From positions 1 through 64,000 of the IMG/VR virus record IMGVR_UViG_3300009514_000017: 64,000 bases of DNA; one strand, given 5' to 3'. The DNA comes from a virus. The first letter of the stretch is position 1; each line of letters starts with the position of its first letter. Both the position numbers and the translations under genes were made by a program. This document shows positions 10,801 through 21,700 of this stretch, in pieces. A model generated the notes under the pieces. It was given only the letters and a program-made list of their open reading frames with translations. It made no database searches and was not told the DNA's origin.

Positions 10801-11738
10801 TGGTGCAGCAGGTTCAGATCGAAGATCTCGTCACCGCAAACATTGTATCGGTCCGAGCCATCCCAGCAACTGTGGCTGCCCCGTTCGGAACCTACCCAGG
10901 TGCGTCCAAGTGGTTCATGGCTCCTGGAATGGCACCAACTCCTACAGAGTTGGTTACTACTGAGCAGCAGTCATTCTCGACGACTGACGACAACGGTAAC
11001 CTTAGAAACCCACCGAACAAGCAGAATATGACGGTGACCAATCTCATCGCTGGAGATACGGTCGCGGTCTATCGTAGAACTGGAACGGATATTAATAAGA
11101 CCCAGCTCACTCTGGCCGCTGGCAATAACCAGAGTAACACCACTCTAGTGATGTCTGGGACAATTCCTGCTGACAATCCAGCTGATGCTAATAGCAAGGT
11201 ATGGGTTATCAGCGCCAGTGGAGTCGAACACCGCTATCGCTATGCCAGCTTTGCTTCTGCAACCTTTACGCTAGCAACCGGAGTGACGGGTGGAACGTCG
11301 GATGGTGGAAGCTCAACTGCCGACGTGCTGCATGACACAACCGGTTCTCCGTTTACCAACGCAGAGGTTGGAGACTACGTTCGCAATATTACTGAGGGCA
11401 AGATCGGTAGGATCTCAGTGGTTACAGATGCTAACACCGTCACGGTCGTTCCAGTCTCTGGTGGAGCGGTTACTAACTGGTCGGGAGACTCTTACGATTA
11501 CAACGTGTTGATGGAGGATTATGATTCAGGTGCCAACGCATTTGTTCCATTGATTGAGCGTGTTGCTGATGCCATACAGGAACAGAGCACTTTGACTTAC
11601 GGTTCCGACTTCAACATCCGAATCGACGTGAGGCGTAACTCGGCAACGGCAATCCTCCCATTCACCCAGGACTCATCGTTCATTTCCACCGGGAGGTCCA
11701 TCGCGGCCATTCGTAACCCAGACACCATCACGACTTAG
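7809..11738 (+). CDS. large virion protein with three W[EQ]YWxGxxW beta-sandwich repeats (putative carbohydrate-binding)
   Basis: 1309 aa, acidic and Thr/Gly-rich; three about 120-aa repeats ending LY[WYF][VI]R. Confidence 0.75.
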   Translation: MSDTLLGGNWTIYPSTDNNRKQVTWTGSSDGTNTCNALYSALRAWEDDPANMSELAVMRADTPNIYRFQNQWFIDDTSVEHLTGGSVFSDGWVDGTDEHVLIIGYAPTTEFSTADIGRTIRSGGAGNDTGTILDFNTIRNLLWIRPDDPTVSTGDEFDDGAATYTIGAALNGDPVTSVMAEEDGTGFTEYTTEANEGTTENDVVCFPSTSSINDAFAIGFEQPFSRLVIDRVGGQVGTDGGSLATQWQYSTGSDAWSPLAGVVDDTASGGLFGAAALADGDEVTWDIPTDWQTASINGSPQLYWVRVEITAGLYTAATQPLLAQIWISGVGAGAFDSHNRHGVGAKAGESAWAGITTKGTVEPNTHIYISQEDPDLIAGDSKEVSVVATKGTSDWWSDGQLDLLLKVKEADNVFGPLPNSSPTTAVATVFARQYTKTYSHTIETGLATAGGNTVAPLSTGDDGDNPAGARNLIWDNGDATLTLVDEELLYNVGSAGAGNLVAGVQDNGGVFTDDTTDLNSVATGDVPIYDAGGAGANDAFYFGMDNEFTFLLVDVGTGHNGTTSTQVWQYWDGSTWSALTVTDNTDAGNGALETAGRGLVSWLLPSDWERTNVENQPATAPTNLYYVRLIITVVGDMTTEPIVDTAWAAGNSQLKARVADTGIGTPGGATGDANYYLLGDPITDFANNDVVIAGTSRKNFDINGAPSNVGPAADASNLTVTFGQFTRDINENGTADPYSIDIGNATTLAVQNMYEWGKYLTRRGNTTALVTGGQEGQFYVGSELQIEYDTQTGGAFSEGDLIYDQTTEATGIVVADHDDGGDGDLIIRTLRGTFTAGNVLSDSPDPTQTVGSSGPGYVYTVEDTTFTITDESVDAGSAGGGDVPVFPATEQANDYIAVGAVKPFARVIFDISTQGVDGGTLDALWEYWNGSSWTTLEGATGFSDGTSDFTATTGNKNLDFYPPVDWRPRGLSDSTVNTPTLYFIRCRLVTADYSTNPVVQQVQIEDLVTANIVSVRAIPATVAAPFGTYPGASKWFMAPGMAPTPTELVTTEQQSFSTTDDNGNLRNPPNKQNMTVTNLIAGDTVAVYRRTGTDINKTQLTLAAGNNQSNTTLVMSGTIPADNPADANSKVWVISASGVEHRYRYASFASATFTLATGVTGGTSDGGSSTADVLHDTTGSPFTNAEVGDYVRNITEGKIGRISVVTDANTVTVVPVSGGAVTNWSGDSYDYNVLMEDYDSGANAFVPLIERVADAIQEQSTLTYGSDFNIRIDVRRNSATAILPFTQDSSFISTGRSIAAIRNPDTITT

Positions 11739-11762
11739 CTCTGGTGTGATTTCGCAGAACTC

Positions 11763-11800
11763 GCTACGATCCCGTCGGGCCTTCCCGACGGGATCGTGGC
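11763..11800 (+). terminator. strong intergenic stem-loop (terminator or mRNA-stabilising hairpin)
   Basis: gctacgatcccgtcggg-cctt-cccgacgggatcgtggc, a 17-bp stem with one G-U; only a weak U-tract follows. Confidence 0.55.
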
Positions 11801-11868
11801 ATGTTTGGTGCTAGACTCCTGGTTGTGTTTTCACGATGAGCTGATGAGAAAAGTGGAGGAGGTGTCGA

Positions 11869-14196
11869 GTGTCAATCAGAACCGACATTTCAATCGATTG
11901 GAACGCATCTCCACGCATCATCACGGTGGCCGCCCCATCCACCGAATTCAACGCTCAAGACATCGTCGACACACTTCGGTTCGAGGAATCCAGAGTTTGG
12001 AACGCCCAATATCGGAAGCTTCTAACAGCGGCAGGTAAAGAAGAGCTAGGTGGTGGCACGGAAGTTGGTGTTACTATAACTCTCCAGAATTCAGTAGTTG
12101 CTTTTGAGGCTCGTAAGACTTCCACATCTGAAGGCACAGCTACAGCTCAAGACACTACTGGTGTCACACTCACAGATTCCGCAGCTGACTTTGTCGCTGA
12201 CTCGGTAGTTGCTGGGGCCTGGTTAGTTAACCTAACTGATTCTTCAGTTTGTACAGTGTTGGAGGTGGTTGACCTAAACACTTTAAGAACAGATGGGCTC
12301 GGAGACGGTATAGATAATCAGTTTGATATTGGTGATTCTTATTCAATCATCAACGTCATTGGTTGTGATCTGTCGGGTGGAAACGTGTTGGCAGTTGATT
12401 CTGGTGGTGCGTTCATTTCTCCTGTGCTTCCTACAGCAGGAACTCAGGTGAGGTTGACAGCGTCGAGTGCCGCCACAACCCAGAACCAAGCACAGTTAGA
12501 GCACTCTTCGTTTAACGGGGTGGTGACGTTTGACCAAGCAAACGGCACCCCCGGGTCAATCGGTTTGGCGGGCAGCCCCACACAGCCGGTGAATAATGTC
12601 CCGGACATGCGGATTATCGCAACGGCTCGTGGGTTTTCCAAGATTCAGATCATCGGAGATGCGACGTTCGACACGGGTGATGACATCAGTGGGTTCATCA
12701 TCTACGGAGAGAACCCTAGCAAGACACTACTCACGTTCAACGCAGGGGCGTTGACATCAGGGATTGATGTCAACGATGCAACGGTCACAGGTACGTTCGA
12801 CACGTCTGCCAGCTTCACCGACTGCCACTTGGAGACCATTTCGTTCGTGAAAAGTATCATCAACCGTTGTGTTCTGAATGGGCCTATCACTCTCGCCGGA
12901 ACTGGAACGACCATCATAACGAACTCCAGCGATGGGTTGGTCAATACGGCGCCGCCACCGTCTGTGGACTTCGACGGCTCCGGACGGTCTCTCGCGATTC
13001 GCAATTATCATGGAGATATACAGCTCAAGAACAAATCTGGGTCTGAGCGCATCGAGGTCAACATTAACTCGGGTGGGTTGATTGTGTTGGATGACACGAT
13101 AACCGCTGGTGTCATCCGGCTATCCGGGCTGTTGCACGTTCAGGACTTGACCGGACCCGGAGTCACGGTAGACGTGTCGGATGTCATCTACCCGGAGCAG
13201 CAGCAGCTTTCAGCGTTCGTTGACGCAGTGCATCTCGACGTGGTTGGTGGCACTGCGGGCATCAAGTATCCGCAGGGGACATCGCAGTATCCTGTAGACA
13301 ACCTGGCAGATGCTTTGACGATCTTGAACGAGAGGAATCTGGATGAGCTTCACGTTATCGGGGATCTAACTATTGGTGCGACGGACAACATCGACGGTCT
13401 ACGGATAGTGGGGCAGCACCGCAACAGAACAACGCTAACGTTAGTAGCGGGATGTTCCACGATGGACTCATACATCTCACACTGCACGCTCACCGGAGTA
13501 GTGAATGGGAGCATCGTCGTTCAGTCCTCGGTGGTGTACGGGTTGTTGAACGTCGGTAGCGAAGCGAAGTCGTCCTTCTTCTTAGACACGTCGCCGATCT
13601 CTGACGGCGGGTCAGCTATTACGTTTCGTAACGATCTAGCCAATCCGATGCCGGTGTATGTACTTCAGTGCTTCTCTGGCGAGATCGGGCACATGCCAGC
13701 CGTGATCGACATGAACGACTCACTACAGACCTTCACGGTTCAGAGTTGGTCTGGCGGGATTGGGTTCAAAAATTGGTCTCAGGGACAGGTGTGTAGTGTT
13801 GATGCAGACTCTGGACACGCCATTCCAGATTCGTCCTGCACGAGCGGAACTCTCATCCTGCATGGCACGATTGTAGTCACCAACAACTCTACGGGAGCCT
13901 TCGTCGTGGACCAGTCAGAGGCAGTGGGCGCAGGGGGCGCAGAGGGTATTGCGGCAAGTGTGTGGGGGACCTCGTTCGCCGGCGGGTTGTCTGCGCAGCA
14001 GTCAGTAGAGCAGGCGGCATTGGAAGCCAAGATTGGACGTCAGATCTTGCGTAACAACATCACTTGGGATCCTGGAACTGCCGTCATGACCATATATGAC
14101 GACGATGACACGACCATCTTGTTCAAGAGTCTATTTACGGATGCTACGGCTACCCCGTCCGTGGCTAACCCACTCAATAGAGAAAAGGTTCCGTGA
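11869..14196 (+). CDS. virion/tail protein with internal tandem duplication
   Basis: Two copies of G[ST]xxxPV[ND]N..D...I.GD.T...D.I.G..I.G; GTG start preceded by GGAGGAGG. Confidence 0.7.
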   Translation: MSIRTDISIDWNASPRIITVAAPSTEFNAQDIVDTLRFEESRVWNAQYRKLLTAAGKEELGGGTEVGVTITLQNSVVAFEARKTSTSEGTATAQDTTGVTLTDSAADFVADSVVAGAWLVNLTDSSVCTVLEVVDLNTLRTDGLGDGIDNQFDIGDSYSIINVIGCDLSGGNVLAVDSGGAFISPVLPTAGTQVRLTASSAATTQNQAQLEHSSFNGVVTFDQANGTPGSIGLAGSPTQPVNNVPDMRIIATARGFSKIQIIGDATFDTGDDISGFIIYGENPSKTLLTFNAGALTSGIDVNDATVTGTFDTSASFTDCHLETISFVKSIINRCVLNGPITLAGTGTTIITNSSDGLVNTAPPPSVDFDGSGRSLAIRNYHGDIQLKNKSGSERIEVNINSGGLIVLDDTITAGVIRLSGLLHVQDLTGPGVTVDVSDVIYPEQQQLSAFVDAVHLDVVGGTAGIKYPQGTSQYPVDNLADALTILNERNLDELHVIGDLTIGATDNIDGLRIVGQHRNRTTLTLVAGCSTMDSYISHCTLTGVVNGSIVVQSSVVYGLLNVGSEAKSSFFLDTSPISDGGSAITFRNDLANPMPVYVLQCFSGEIGHMPAVIDMNDSLQTFTVQSWSGGIGFKNWSQGQVCSVDADSGHAIPDSSCTSGTLILHGTIVVTNNSTGAFVVDQSEAVGAGGAEGIAASVWGTSFAGGLSAQQSVEQAALEAKIGRQILRNNITWDPGTAVMTIYDDDDTTILFKSLFTDATATPSVANPLNREKVP

Positions 14197-15140
14197 GCTT
14201 TATCTCATACGGGCTGAGAGGACTTCCGAACCCCATGGACGTCACAATCCTGGTTCAAGACGACACCGTTACACCCGCAGCCATAGAAGGTGTCGTCGTC
14301 AACGTTTACGATGGAATCACGAAAGCCTATGTGGCTCAGGCGACAACTGATGCCACTGGACTGGCATCCTTCGTCCTGACTGGAGAGCCTGACCCCGGCA
14401 AGACCTACGAGGTCAGGCTATTCAAGGTTGGGGCGCTGTTCGCCAACCCGTTTACGATTGCCGTGTTCGACAGTGGCACCAACGATTTCGAGGTAGCTGG
14501 AACTCTACTGGACCTCGAGGTGGCGACAGATCCTAACCTTTGTCGTTGCACCGGAAGGTTCATGGGCTTCGATCTACAGCCACGGGCCAACAAGTTGGTC
14601 AGGTTCTCGGCAGAGGTAGAAAACAAGACGGTTCAGATCGTCAATGGGGACATCGTGGCGGCATCCGACCACGAGGTTCGAACTGACGACAACGGCTATG
14701 TGAAGGTCGATCTGGTCAGAGGTGCTGTCTACTGGCTCATCTTCGCAGGGGACGAGGACAACTCGTGGAAGGTGACCATTCCAAATAGAGCCTCTGTGAA
14801 TCTCATTGAGCTCATCCACCCAGCACCTGGAAGTCTGGACTGGGATGACACTGATGCTCCTGGTGATGCCGTCTCTTTGGCTGTTGGGGAATCCAAGGAC
14901 GTGAGTATGACCCTGACCCTGACCAGCTATGAGACAGACGAGTATGTGGGGAACTGGTTGGACTTCGACAACGACGATACTGATGTTGTCTCCGCAAGCG
15001 TGCAGAAGAACGTTCTAACTCTCTCGGGTCTGACTGCTGGAACAGCCAACATAACGGTCACAGCCAGGACAGATTTGAAACCTGGAAGAGCTGGAGGATT
15101 CTCGGTCAGCTCAACACCTCTAGTCGTAACGGTGACCTGA
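14193..15140 (+). CDS. virion structural protein with Ig-like domains
   Basis: TDDNGYVKVDLVRG domain; C-terminal Big2-like VSLAVGESKDV...LSGLTAGTANITVT. Confidence 0.65.
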   Translation: MSFISYGLRGLPNPMDVTILVQDDTVTPAAIEGVVVNVYDGITKAYVAQATTDATGLASFVLTGEPDPGKTYEVRLFKVGALFANPFTIAVFDSGTNDFEVAGTLLDLEVATDPNLCRCTGRFMGFDLQPRANKLVRFSAEVENKTVQIVNGDIVAASDHEVRTDDNGYVKVDLVRGAVYWLIFAGDEDNSWKVTIPNRASVNLIELIHPAPGSLDWDDTDAPGDAVSLAVGESKDVSMTLTLTSYETDEYVGNWLDFDNDDTDVVSASVQKNVLTLSGLTAGTANITVTARTDLKPGRAGGFSVSSTPLVVTVT

Positions 15141-15547
15141 TGTTAAGCCTTCAGCAGACGACAGCTCAGAGAGATGTAGGAGTTTCCAGGTCCTATCAGG
15201 GGGTAAGAGCTCTCTGGCTGAAGGTCATAATCAGGGCAGTATTCGACTGGGTTTCCTATCGTGACAGCACGAAGCACGAACGGAGGATGGATGCTGAAAG
15301 TGCTCACTGGTGGTTGTTCAGAACTAACGACTTCTTCAACAGTTTTGAGAATGTGTGTGTCCAATTAGACCTAGATCCTAACAGGGTCAGAACGTGGGCG
15401 AATGGAGTGACCAAAGACCAAGTGGCAAAGATCGAGCATCTGGATCGTTCATCATCTGCTAGAGGTCGAAGTGATCTAGAGGTCAAATCAGCTGAACTGT
15501 TTCTCGTTTCGACTGAGCCTGATGATGACCTCTTCTTGGAATTTTGA
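15140..15547 (+). CDS. conserved-type phage hypothetical protein (LWxxVIxxAxxD...FxxVC..LDLDP)
   Basis: Motif pattern recalled from a common small phage protein family; coupled to its neighbours. Confidence 0.55.
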   Translation: MLSLQQTTAQRDVGVSRSYQGVRALWLKVIIRAVFDWVSYRDSTKHERRMDAESAHWWLFRTNDFFNSFENVCVQLDLDPNRVRTWANGVTKDQVAKIEHLDRSSSARGRSDLEVKSAELFLVSTEPDDDLFLEF

Positions 15548-17742
15548 TGTCACTACTGACTATAGCGAACCAATCCAAGGCCCTGCTCCGGCGGAGCCTT
15601 GTTGATGAGAAACTTTCAGGAGGGACAGACCCGAAGGTAGAGATTCGTGCTCTTCTCGATTCCATAATCTTAGGTCTACTGTCTCGACCCAAGGCAGTTA
15701 AGTTCGTAGCCCAACTGGCAAAGCGCAGACTCATTCAGGCACTACAGGATGAGATAGACACAATAGATAGTCTGACTGTAGACCTGGACGATCTGAACAA
15801 CACCTCTTTCAAGGTTCGTGATTCTTCGAGATTGAATAGTGCCAAGTCGGCTCTTCGCAGCATCAACGCTGGGGACGAGCTTAATGTTTCAGGTACGGCC
15901 TTCACCAGATTCAGTAATTCCGTAGACAAGTTTCTCAACGAGCAGCTATCGAAGAGCGTCAGACGTGTTGGCAGCACGTCCATGCTCCGCCCATCGGACG
16001 AGGCCAAGGCTGCCATTCCAACGGACTATGCCGAGCTGTTGTCCAGGCATGAAGATACGATAGACAGGTTTTATTCACTGTCATTGATAGACGACGAGTT
16101 CACCAAGTCACCTACGGCAGCTGTGTTGGGAAAGACGGTTTTGTCTAGGGTGATGACTGAGATCGATCTCATTCTCGACCAATTAGAGGGGGACGATTCA
16201 GCAAGCGAGGCCCGTAATCAGGTGGTCAGGTTGTTGGCCTCAAGGTCTGCGCTTGAGGTGGTTGGCACTGCTCCTTCTTTGTCTGGTCCAATACTATCCA
16301 CCGTTCTCGAGCTACCGGTTGGGTATGAGCTTACTGGGACCAGTGCCGCTGCCGCTGCGTTTGTCGAAGGGACAGATGGGACTGAAGCCAACGATGGGAT
16401 CATTCGTTTCTCGCTTGGAGCTTCTTCACCGCAGGTAACAGTAGATGTAGATGGAACGACGGTTGGACCTTTAGATTTTCCTCAGTCGACTGATTTCGAC
16501 GTGGACGATAAAGCGATAGTTGTGGGTGCTGTTCCAACTGGAGGATTCCCGGTCACTCTAGGTGCGACGACACAAGATCTATACATAACTCTGGTGACTA
16601 GCGGGACCGCAGTCAGTTACAGGGCAGCAATAGGAACAGGTTCTCAAACCCTGTCAGCAGTTGTGTCAGCCATAAACACGGCGCTGACTGGGGTTGGAAC
16701 AGCCGCTGAATTCTGTGCCTCAGGAACGGATAGGATCATCATTCGAGCGACGTCTGCTGATGTCATCAGGATTGATTCTGCCGTTGAGATTGCAACAGTG
16801 GCTTACACAGATTCTGGTCACGCTCTTCTTGGGTTTCAGGATGGCAAGTACGGGTGGAGTATTGCCAACCCGGATGGAGGAGGAACAGAGATAGACATCG
16901 TAGTTGATGCCTTCAACGAGCTGTTTGGATCTGTCGCAACGGCTGTAAGAGTCGGGGATGCAGTCAGGGTTGATTCGGTATCAACATCTGTCGGCGTGAC
17001 GATGACCATAACTTCTCCATCTTCTCTCGGAATAGATGGGGCCGTAAATGGTATGTCCGACGAGTTCCGACTTCTAGGTCTAGTGCGAGGAGTAATAACA
17101 GACCCAGTCGATCCGCAGGACTTGCTGGATGTCGGGGATGTTGTTACCACCCCAACTGGATCTTCCACTGTAGCTTCGTTGACCAATACGGCAGTGTTTC
17201 TTGCGGCGGAAGTCGACACGTTTAGTGGTAGCTTAACAGTGAACAGCGCACTGGATTCTCCGTTTGCTGCTCTGTCGACTGCTCTAGATGAGAATTTGGT
17301 TGTCTGGTCCAACACCCTATTCGTGGATGACATGAAGAGGCTAGATGCAGCCGTGGCCAAGGTCTACGGGTCGATAGACAGAGCATCCACTAACGAGTTC
17401 AGGAGATTGCTGGTTCTGCTTAGAGCTTTCATGGCAGATCTGAAGACAGCTATATCCGATTCTTCGACTGACATTCCAGCAGGTTGCGCGACTAGAGAGC
17501 GAGCGTTGGTGAATGGGATCATAGAGTCCTTCGAAGAGCGTAATATGGACCGGGCTCTAGGTTTGTTCCTGACCGGGAAGTTGATGGACTTGTTCACAAT
17601 AGACTTGGATGAGGTCTCCTACGCTGGAAGACTGGCCAAGGGTGTAGAGGAACTAGCCAGGATGGATGTTGAGTTCGAGAAGCAGTTCGAGGAAGGCGAG
17701 AAGAGTAGGCTACGAGGGTATCTAGATAGGACGGGACTATAA
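15544..17742 (+). CDS. virion structural protein (helical ends, beta-rich core)
   Basis: 732 aa, located directly before the baseplate genes. Confidence 0.65.
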   Translation: MMSLLTIANQSKALLRRSLVDEKLSGGTDPKVEIRALLDSIILGLLSRPKAVKFVAQLAKRRLIQALQDEIDTIDSLTVDLDDLNNTSFKVRDSSRLNSAKSALRSINAGDELNVSGTAFTRFSNSVDKFLNEQLSKSVRRVGSTSMLRPSDEAKAAIPTDYAELLSRHEDTIDRFYSLSLIDDEFTKSPTAAVLGKTVLSRVMTEIDLILDQLEGDDSASEARNQVVRLLASRSALEVVGTAPSLSGPILSTVLELPVGYELTGTSAAAAAFVEGTDGTEANDGIIRFSLGASSPQVTVDVDGTTVGPLDFPQSTDFDVDDKAIVVGAVPTGGFPVTLGATTQDLYITLVTSGTAVSYRAAIGTGSQTLSAVVSAINTALTGVGTAAEFCASGTDRIIIRATSADVIRIDSAVEIATVAYTDSGHALLGFQDGKYGWSIANPDGGGTEIDIVVDAFNELFGSVATAVRVGDAVRVDSVSTSVGVTMTITSPSSLGIDGAVNGMSDEFRLLGLVRGVITDPVDPQDLLDVGDVVTTPTGSSTVASLTNTAVFLAAEVDTFSGSLTVNSALDSPFAALSTALDENLVVWSNTLFVDDMKRLDAAVAKVYGSIDRASTNEFRRLLVLLRAFMADLKTAISDSSTDIPAGCATRERALVNGIIESFEERNMDRALGLFLTGKLMDLFTIDLDEVSYAGRLAKGVEELARMDVEFEKQFEEGEKSRLRGYLDRTGL

Positions 17743-18093
17743 ATGCCGGTAACCACAGCAGTTGTTAGACGAGTCCTAGCAGACTCCATTAACCTGCTTC
17801 GAAGTGTTGAGGTAGATAGGAGTCTGTCGTCTACTACTCTGGATCATGCCATCCAAGAAGAGATCAAGCTCCTGAAGAGAACTGAAACATCAACCCAGGT
17901 AGATGATTCTGGGCAAACCAGAATTTCTAGATGGGACGAGTTGAATGCTCTCGAGGCCAACTTGGTTAAGGTCGTTGACGAAATAATGAGTGCTGGAACA
18001 GACAAAGAAGCGTTGGCCAAGCTCGGAATTATAGATGAAGAAGAAGCTGATGATCGTGAGCAGAGTGAAGTAGACAACACGGCAGGGGAGTGA
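17743..18093 (+). CDS. hypothetical protein, acidic C-terminus
   Basis: Abuts the previous stop (TAAATG). Confidence 0.6.
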   Translation: MPVTTAVVRRVLADSINLLRSVEVDRSLSSTTLDHAIQEEIKLLKRTETSTQVDDSGQTRISRWDELNALEANLVKVVDEIMSAGTDKEALAKLGIIDEEEADDREQSEVDNTAGE

Positions 18094-18094
18094 G

Positions 18095-18739
18095 ATGCAG
18101 GATTACAGAATCACGCTTGCCAAGACTCAACTCCCCTACCACTTTTATGAACCTCTTCGTGGTTTTCGCCCACCATCTATTCGTGTAGTGGGCGAGCGTA
18201 TGCATCAAGCGTTGGAGGTCGTCTACAACGGAATCGTGCAGACTCAGTTCTTTGCGCAATCCAGGAAGAACCTAATCGTCCCAATCCCTAGCAGCCAGAT
18301 TGGGAGGCCACTAAACGAGCTGGTCATCATCTCCACGACGAAGCTGACGTTTGAACCTGCAACCGTTGTCTTCCAACTTTCCAGACCACCACAGATGGTC
18401 AGCGGGATAGATAGGCTGGTTCAGATGTTCCTGATGGAGCTGTTCACGACCCCAGGTTCAGACATCTTCGATCCCAAGTCTGGTGGTGGGGCTCTAGCGC
18501 TAGTCGGCAGAAACAGTGGTGGTGATCGCGGCGCAGTAGTAGGACTCACCAGAGCGGTGGATGCAGCGAAGAGATCGATAGCCAAGAAACAGGCTCAGTT
18601 CAAGAGAGTTCCAAACGAGGAACGTTTACTGTCTGCTACCCTGTCCAACGTTTCGTTCAATAGCTTGGCGTCTGTCCTGTCGGGGCAGATTGAGATAAAG
18701 AACATGTCCGGTCAGTCAGCGACGGTTGGAGTGGGTTGA
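18095..18739 (+). CDS. baseplate wedge protein, gp25/gpW-like
   Basis: GIDRLVQMFLMELFTTPGSDIFDPKSGGG matches the gp25 L.T..GE..F.P.FG pattern; lies directly before baseplate J. Confidence 0.7.
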   Translation: MQDYRITLAKTQLPYHFYEPLRGFRPPSIRVVGERMHQALEVVYNGIVQTQFFAQSRKNLIVPIPSSQIGRPLNELVIISTTKLTFEPATVVFQLSRPPQMVSGIDRLVQMFLMELFTTPGSDIFDPKSGGGALALVGRNSGGDRGAVVGLTRAVDAAKRSIAKKQAQFKRVPNEERLLSATLSNVSFNSLASVLSGQIEIKNMSGQSATVGVG

Positions 18740-21700
18740 TGCCATCATCAGACGAAATCAGAACGTTCATCGAGGACCGACTTCAGGCTCTCGACCCGTC
18801 GATATCGTTGGAGTCGGGATCGAGAGCACAGACGGATTTCGTCGAGCCAGTCCTTACTTTTCTAGGCACTGATCCGTTCGAGACCGACATTGAGGCGTTC
18901 ATTGTAGACAGGTTCTCTCAAGAGTTTCCTGACATCTACTCAGGAGACCCCAGCGTCGTATCGGATGTGTTTGCCAAGCCACTACAGTTGATGCTCGAGC
19001 CGTTCAAGCGTGGCGTCAACATCTTGAAGCTACAGCAATCACTGGCAGACCCAGACCTGTTGACAACGGATTCAACGGAATCCTTGGCGGCGAACTTCTT
19101 CTTTGAGAGGACAGCAGGATCTAGGGCTACTGGAACAGCACGGGTCAAGTTCCCAGTGCCAAAGAACGATGAGTTTGAGGTAACGACTCGGTTCTATTCC
19201 AGTGGCGGGTTGAACTTCTATCCGACTGCACCACTCAGTATCTCTGCCGAAGAAATGATCTTCAATCGAGATGGCAGCCTCTTCTATGTTGATGTTCCTG
19301 TCCAAGCAGAGGAGGAGGGGGACGAGTACAACATAGGAGTTGATGAGCTGACGGGCGTGGACGGCGTGTCTGGAGTTGCTGCTGTCACCAACTTGAAGAA
19401 GTTCAGCAGCGGGGCAGTACGTCTAGACAACGCTGCGTTCGTAGACCAGACGAAGGAGATGTTGAACGAGAGGTCTCTGAACACCAGACGTGGTGCTCGA
19501 GCCCGTCTACTACAGGAGTTCCAGAACGACACGAGAGCAATCCAGGTCATAGGCGCAGGCGACGTTGAGATGCAGCGCGACATACTAGTTGCGACATCTC
19601 CAGGCCACTCTTGGATCACCGGGTCCGTGTCTTTGTATAACAACCTCGCTCTTGTACAGGCTCGCATCATAGACGGTGAAGAGGACGACGCACCTGCGGC
19701 TGAGGACACGCTGTTCCTCTATTTGAATTCCACTAGCTATCCATCATTAGATCAGGATGACAGGCTGGTAGAGCTAACCGTAGAGAGTCTGGTTTCTGGC
19801 CCACTTGCGGACGCAGGGACTGGGTTTCAGCAAGCCTATCTCGTCACTTGGTCAGGGGACTTCCCGACTGGTGTAACGCAGGGAACGCCTGCTCCTGGTG
19901 GGTGGGTAAACGGGCAATCGTTCGAGGGAGGATTCAGGAAGCCGGGCAACGTTCGAGTTTCATCGCTGCCAGACATTGGCGCTGTCTCCCCGGCGTTGTC
20001 CGTCCCGAATGGTGAGACTCACGTCTACGGCCACACGGATGTCTACGTGCGACCGATTTTGCAAGAGGATGCCTATATAACCCTTGATACACTGTCTGAC
20101 TCTTCACCTCTCGTGGAGCGTTCGACTCTTGATACGAATGGTGCGGGATCACCAGCGAACCGTGTAGTTGACAGCGCCAGCTTCGATTTTGCTGGAGCAG
20201 GGGTTGAAGCTGGACATCTCATCATCATCGACAGTGGTGAAACGGATGAGGGCGTCTACACGATTCAGGAGGTGACAGCAGCAGGTGCTGGTGCTCCTTA
20301 CTACCTCTACCTGACTGAAGACCTGACTGTGTCCCAGTCCGGGTTGCGCTACAAGATTCTGTCCAACATCAGGATCGATCCGTTCGACGTCACGGTGAGC
20401 AAGTTCCCGTTCGGCAGCGTCCTGGCAAACGATCTGTCTACTCAGGTCGGCTCCAACCTACTCACCCTGTCTACGAACGACATGCTCAGTTACTCGGTCG
20501 AGGTTGGTGACACGATCAAGCTGACCAGCGGCAACGATAAGGGTGAATACACGATCACGGCATTCGATTCGGTGCTTGGTGGACGGGGTCTGATTACAGA
20601 CCAGGTAATGGGTGCAACTGCTTCAGGCATCACCTATGAGGTCTTCAAGCCATTGGATTCATTGCAGAATCCTCTGGTTCGCATCAAGCAGATCTTGCTC
20701 CTAGATTCCAGCGGGCAGTCAACTGGAGTTTCTATTCCACCGGCACAACCGCTTGGAGCCAAACCTACTTCGGATTTCACTTCGGCGAAGATCAGAAAGG
20801 CCAGCACTAGAAGAACTGGATACGTTCTCCCAGACATCGAGGATTCCTATTTCACCAAGTGGGTGGAGTGGTCGGTATTAGAGACTGCCGCCGATGCTTC
20901 TGGAACCAGGTACTCAGCTGGTATTGATTCTGTGTCGCCTGTAACGACTGGGTCTGCAAGCACATATCAGGCTGTCCTCTTCCCAGACACTGGACCAACC
21001 GAGTCCGAATTCGACTTCCACGGAAACGCAGTAGGTGGTGGCGAGGCTCAAGGGAAATGCTCCTGGTTCATAGCACCAGCAGAGTCAACGGATGAGACCG
21101 TCAATTATCCACCGATAGATGAGCCGAAGCAGGGGGAGTGCCTGACGATCAAGAATGGTCCCAACGCCGGCAGCTATCTCATCAAGCAGGTGTACAAATT
21201 CAAGAGGTTGGTTGCCACAACTGACTATGAAGTTTGGGACTATTTCATTCAGATCTATGGCGAGTTCCCCGTTGATGTTTTCAAAAGCCTCATCGACTTC
21301 ATAAACGAGACTGGGGTCAAAGCATCACTGGATATTTCAGTCCCGGCGAGTGCATCCTTCGACACCGTCATCGAGGCGACATACGCAGGGGTTCCAGGCA
21401 ACGCTATCAGTTTAGCAACTGTTGCAGATGGGACTGGGGCTGGAAGTCTGACAAGATCTGGAACTGCGTTCACATTCCATTATGACTCTGGAGTGACACT
21501 GGTCTCAGAATTCGAGGATGCAGTTGATGCGTTGACTGGTGATGACGATCTAATTGCCGTCAGGACAGTTGGAACATCTCCAAGTTATGCGTTGGCGAGC
21601 GGTAGTGGTGATACGTTTGGTACAACCCTACTGACTGGAGGAACCAGTATAGTCTCGGAGCTACCACTGGATGCCTCTTCTAGTGACATAGATTGGCCAG

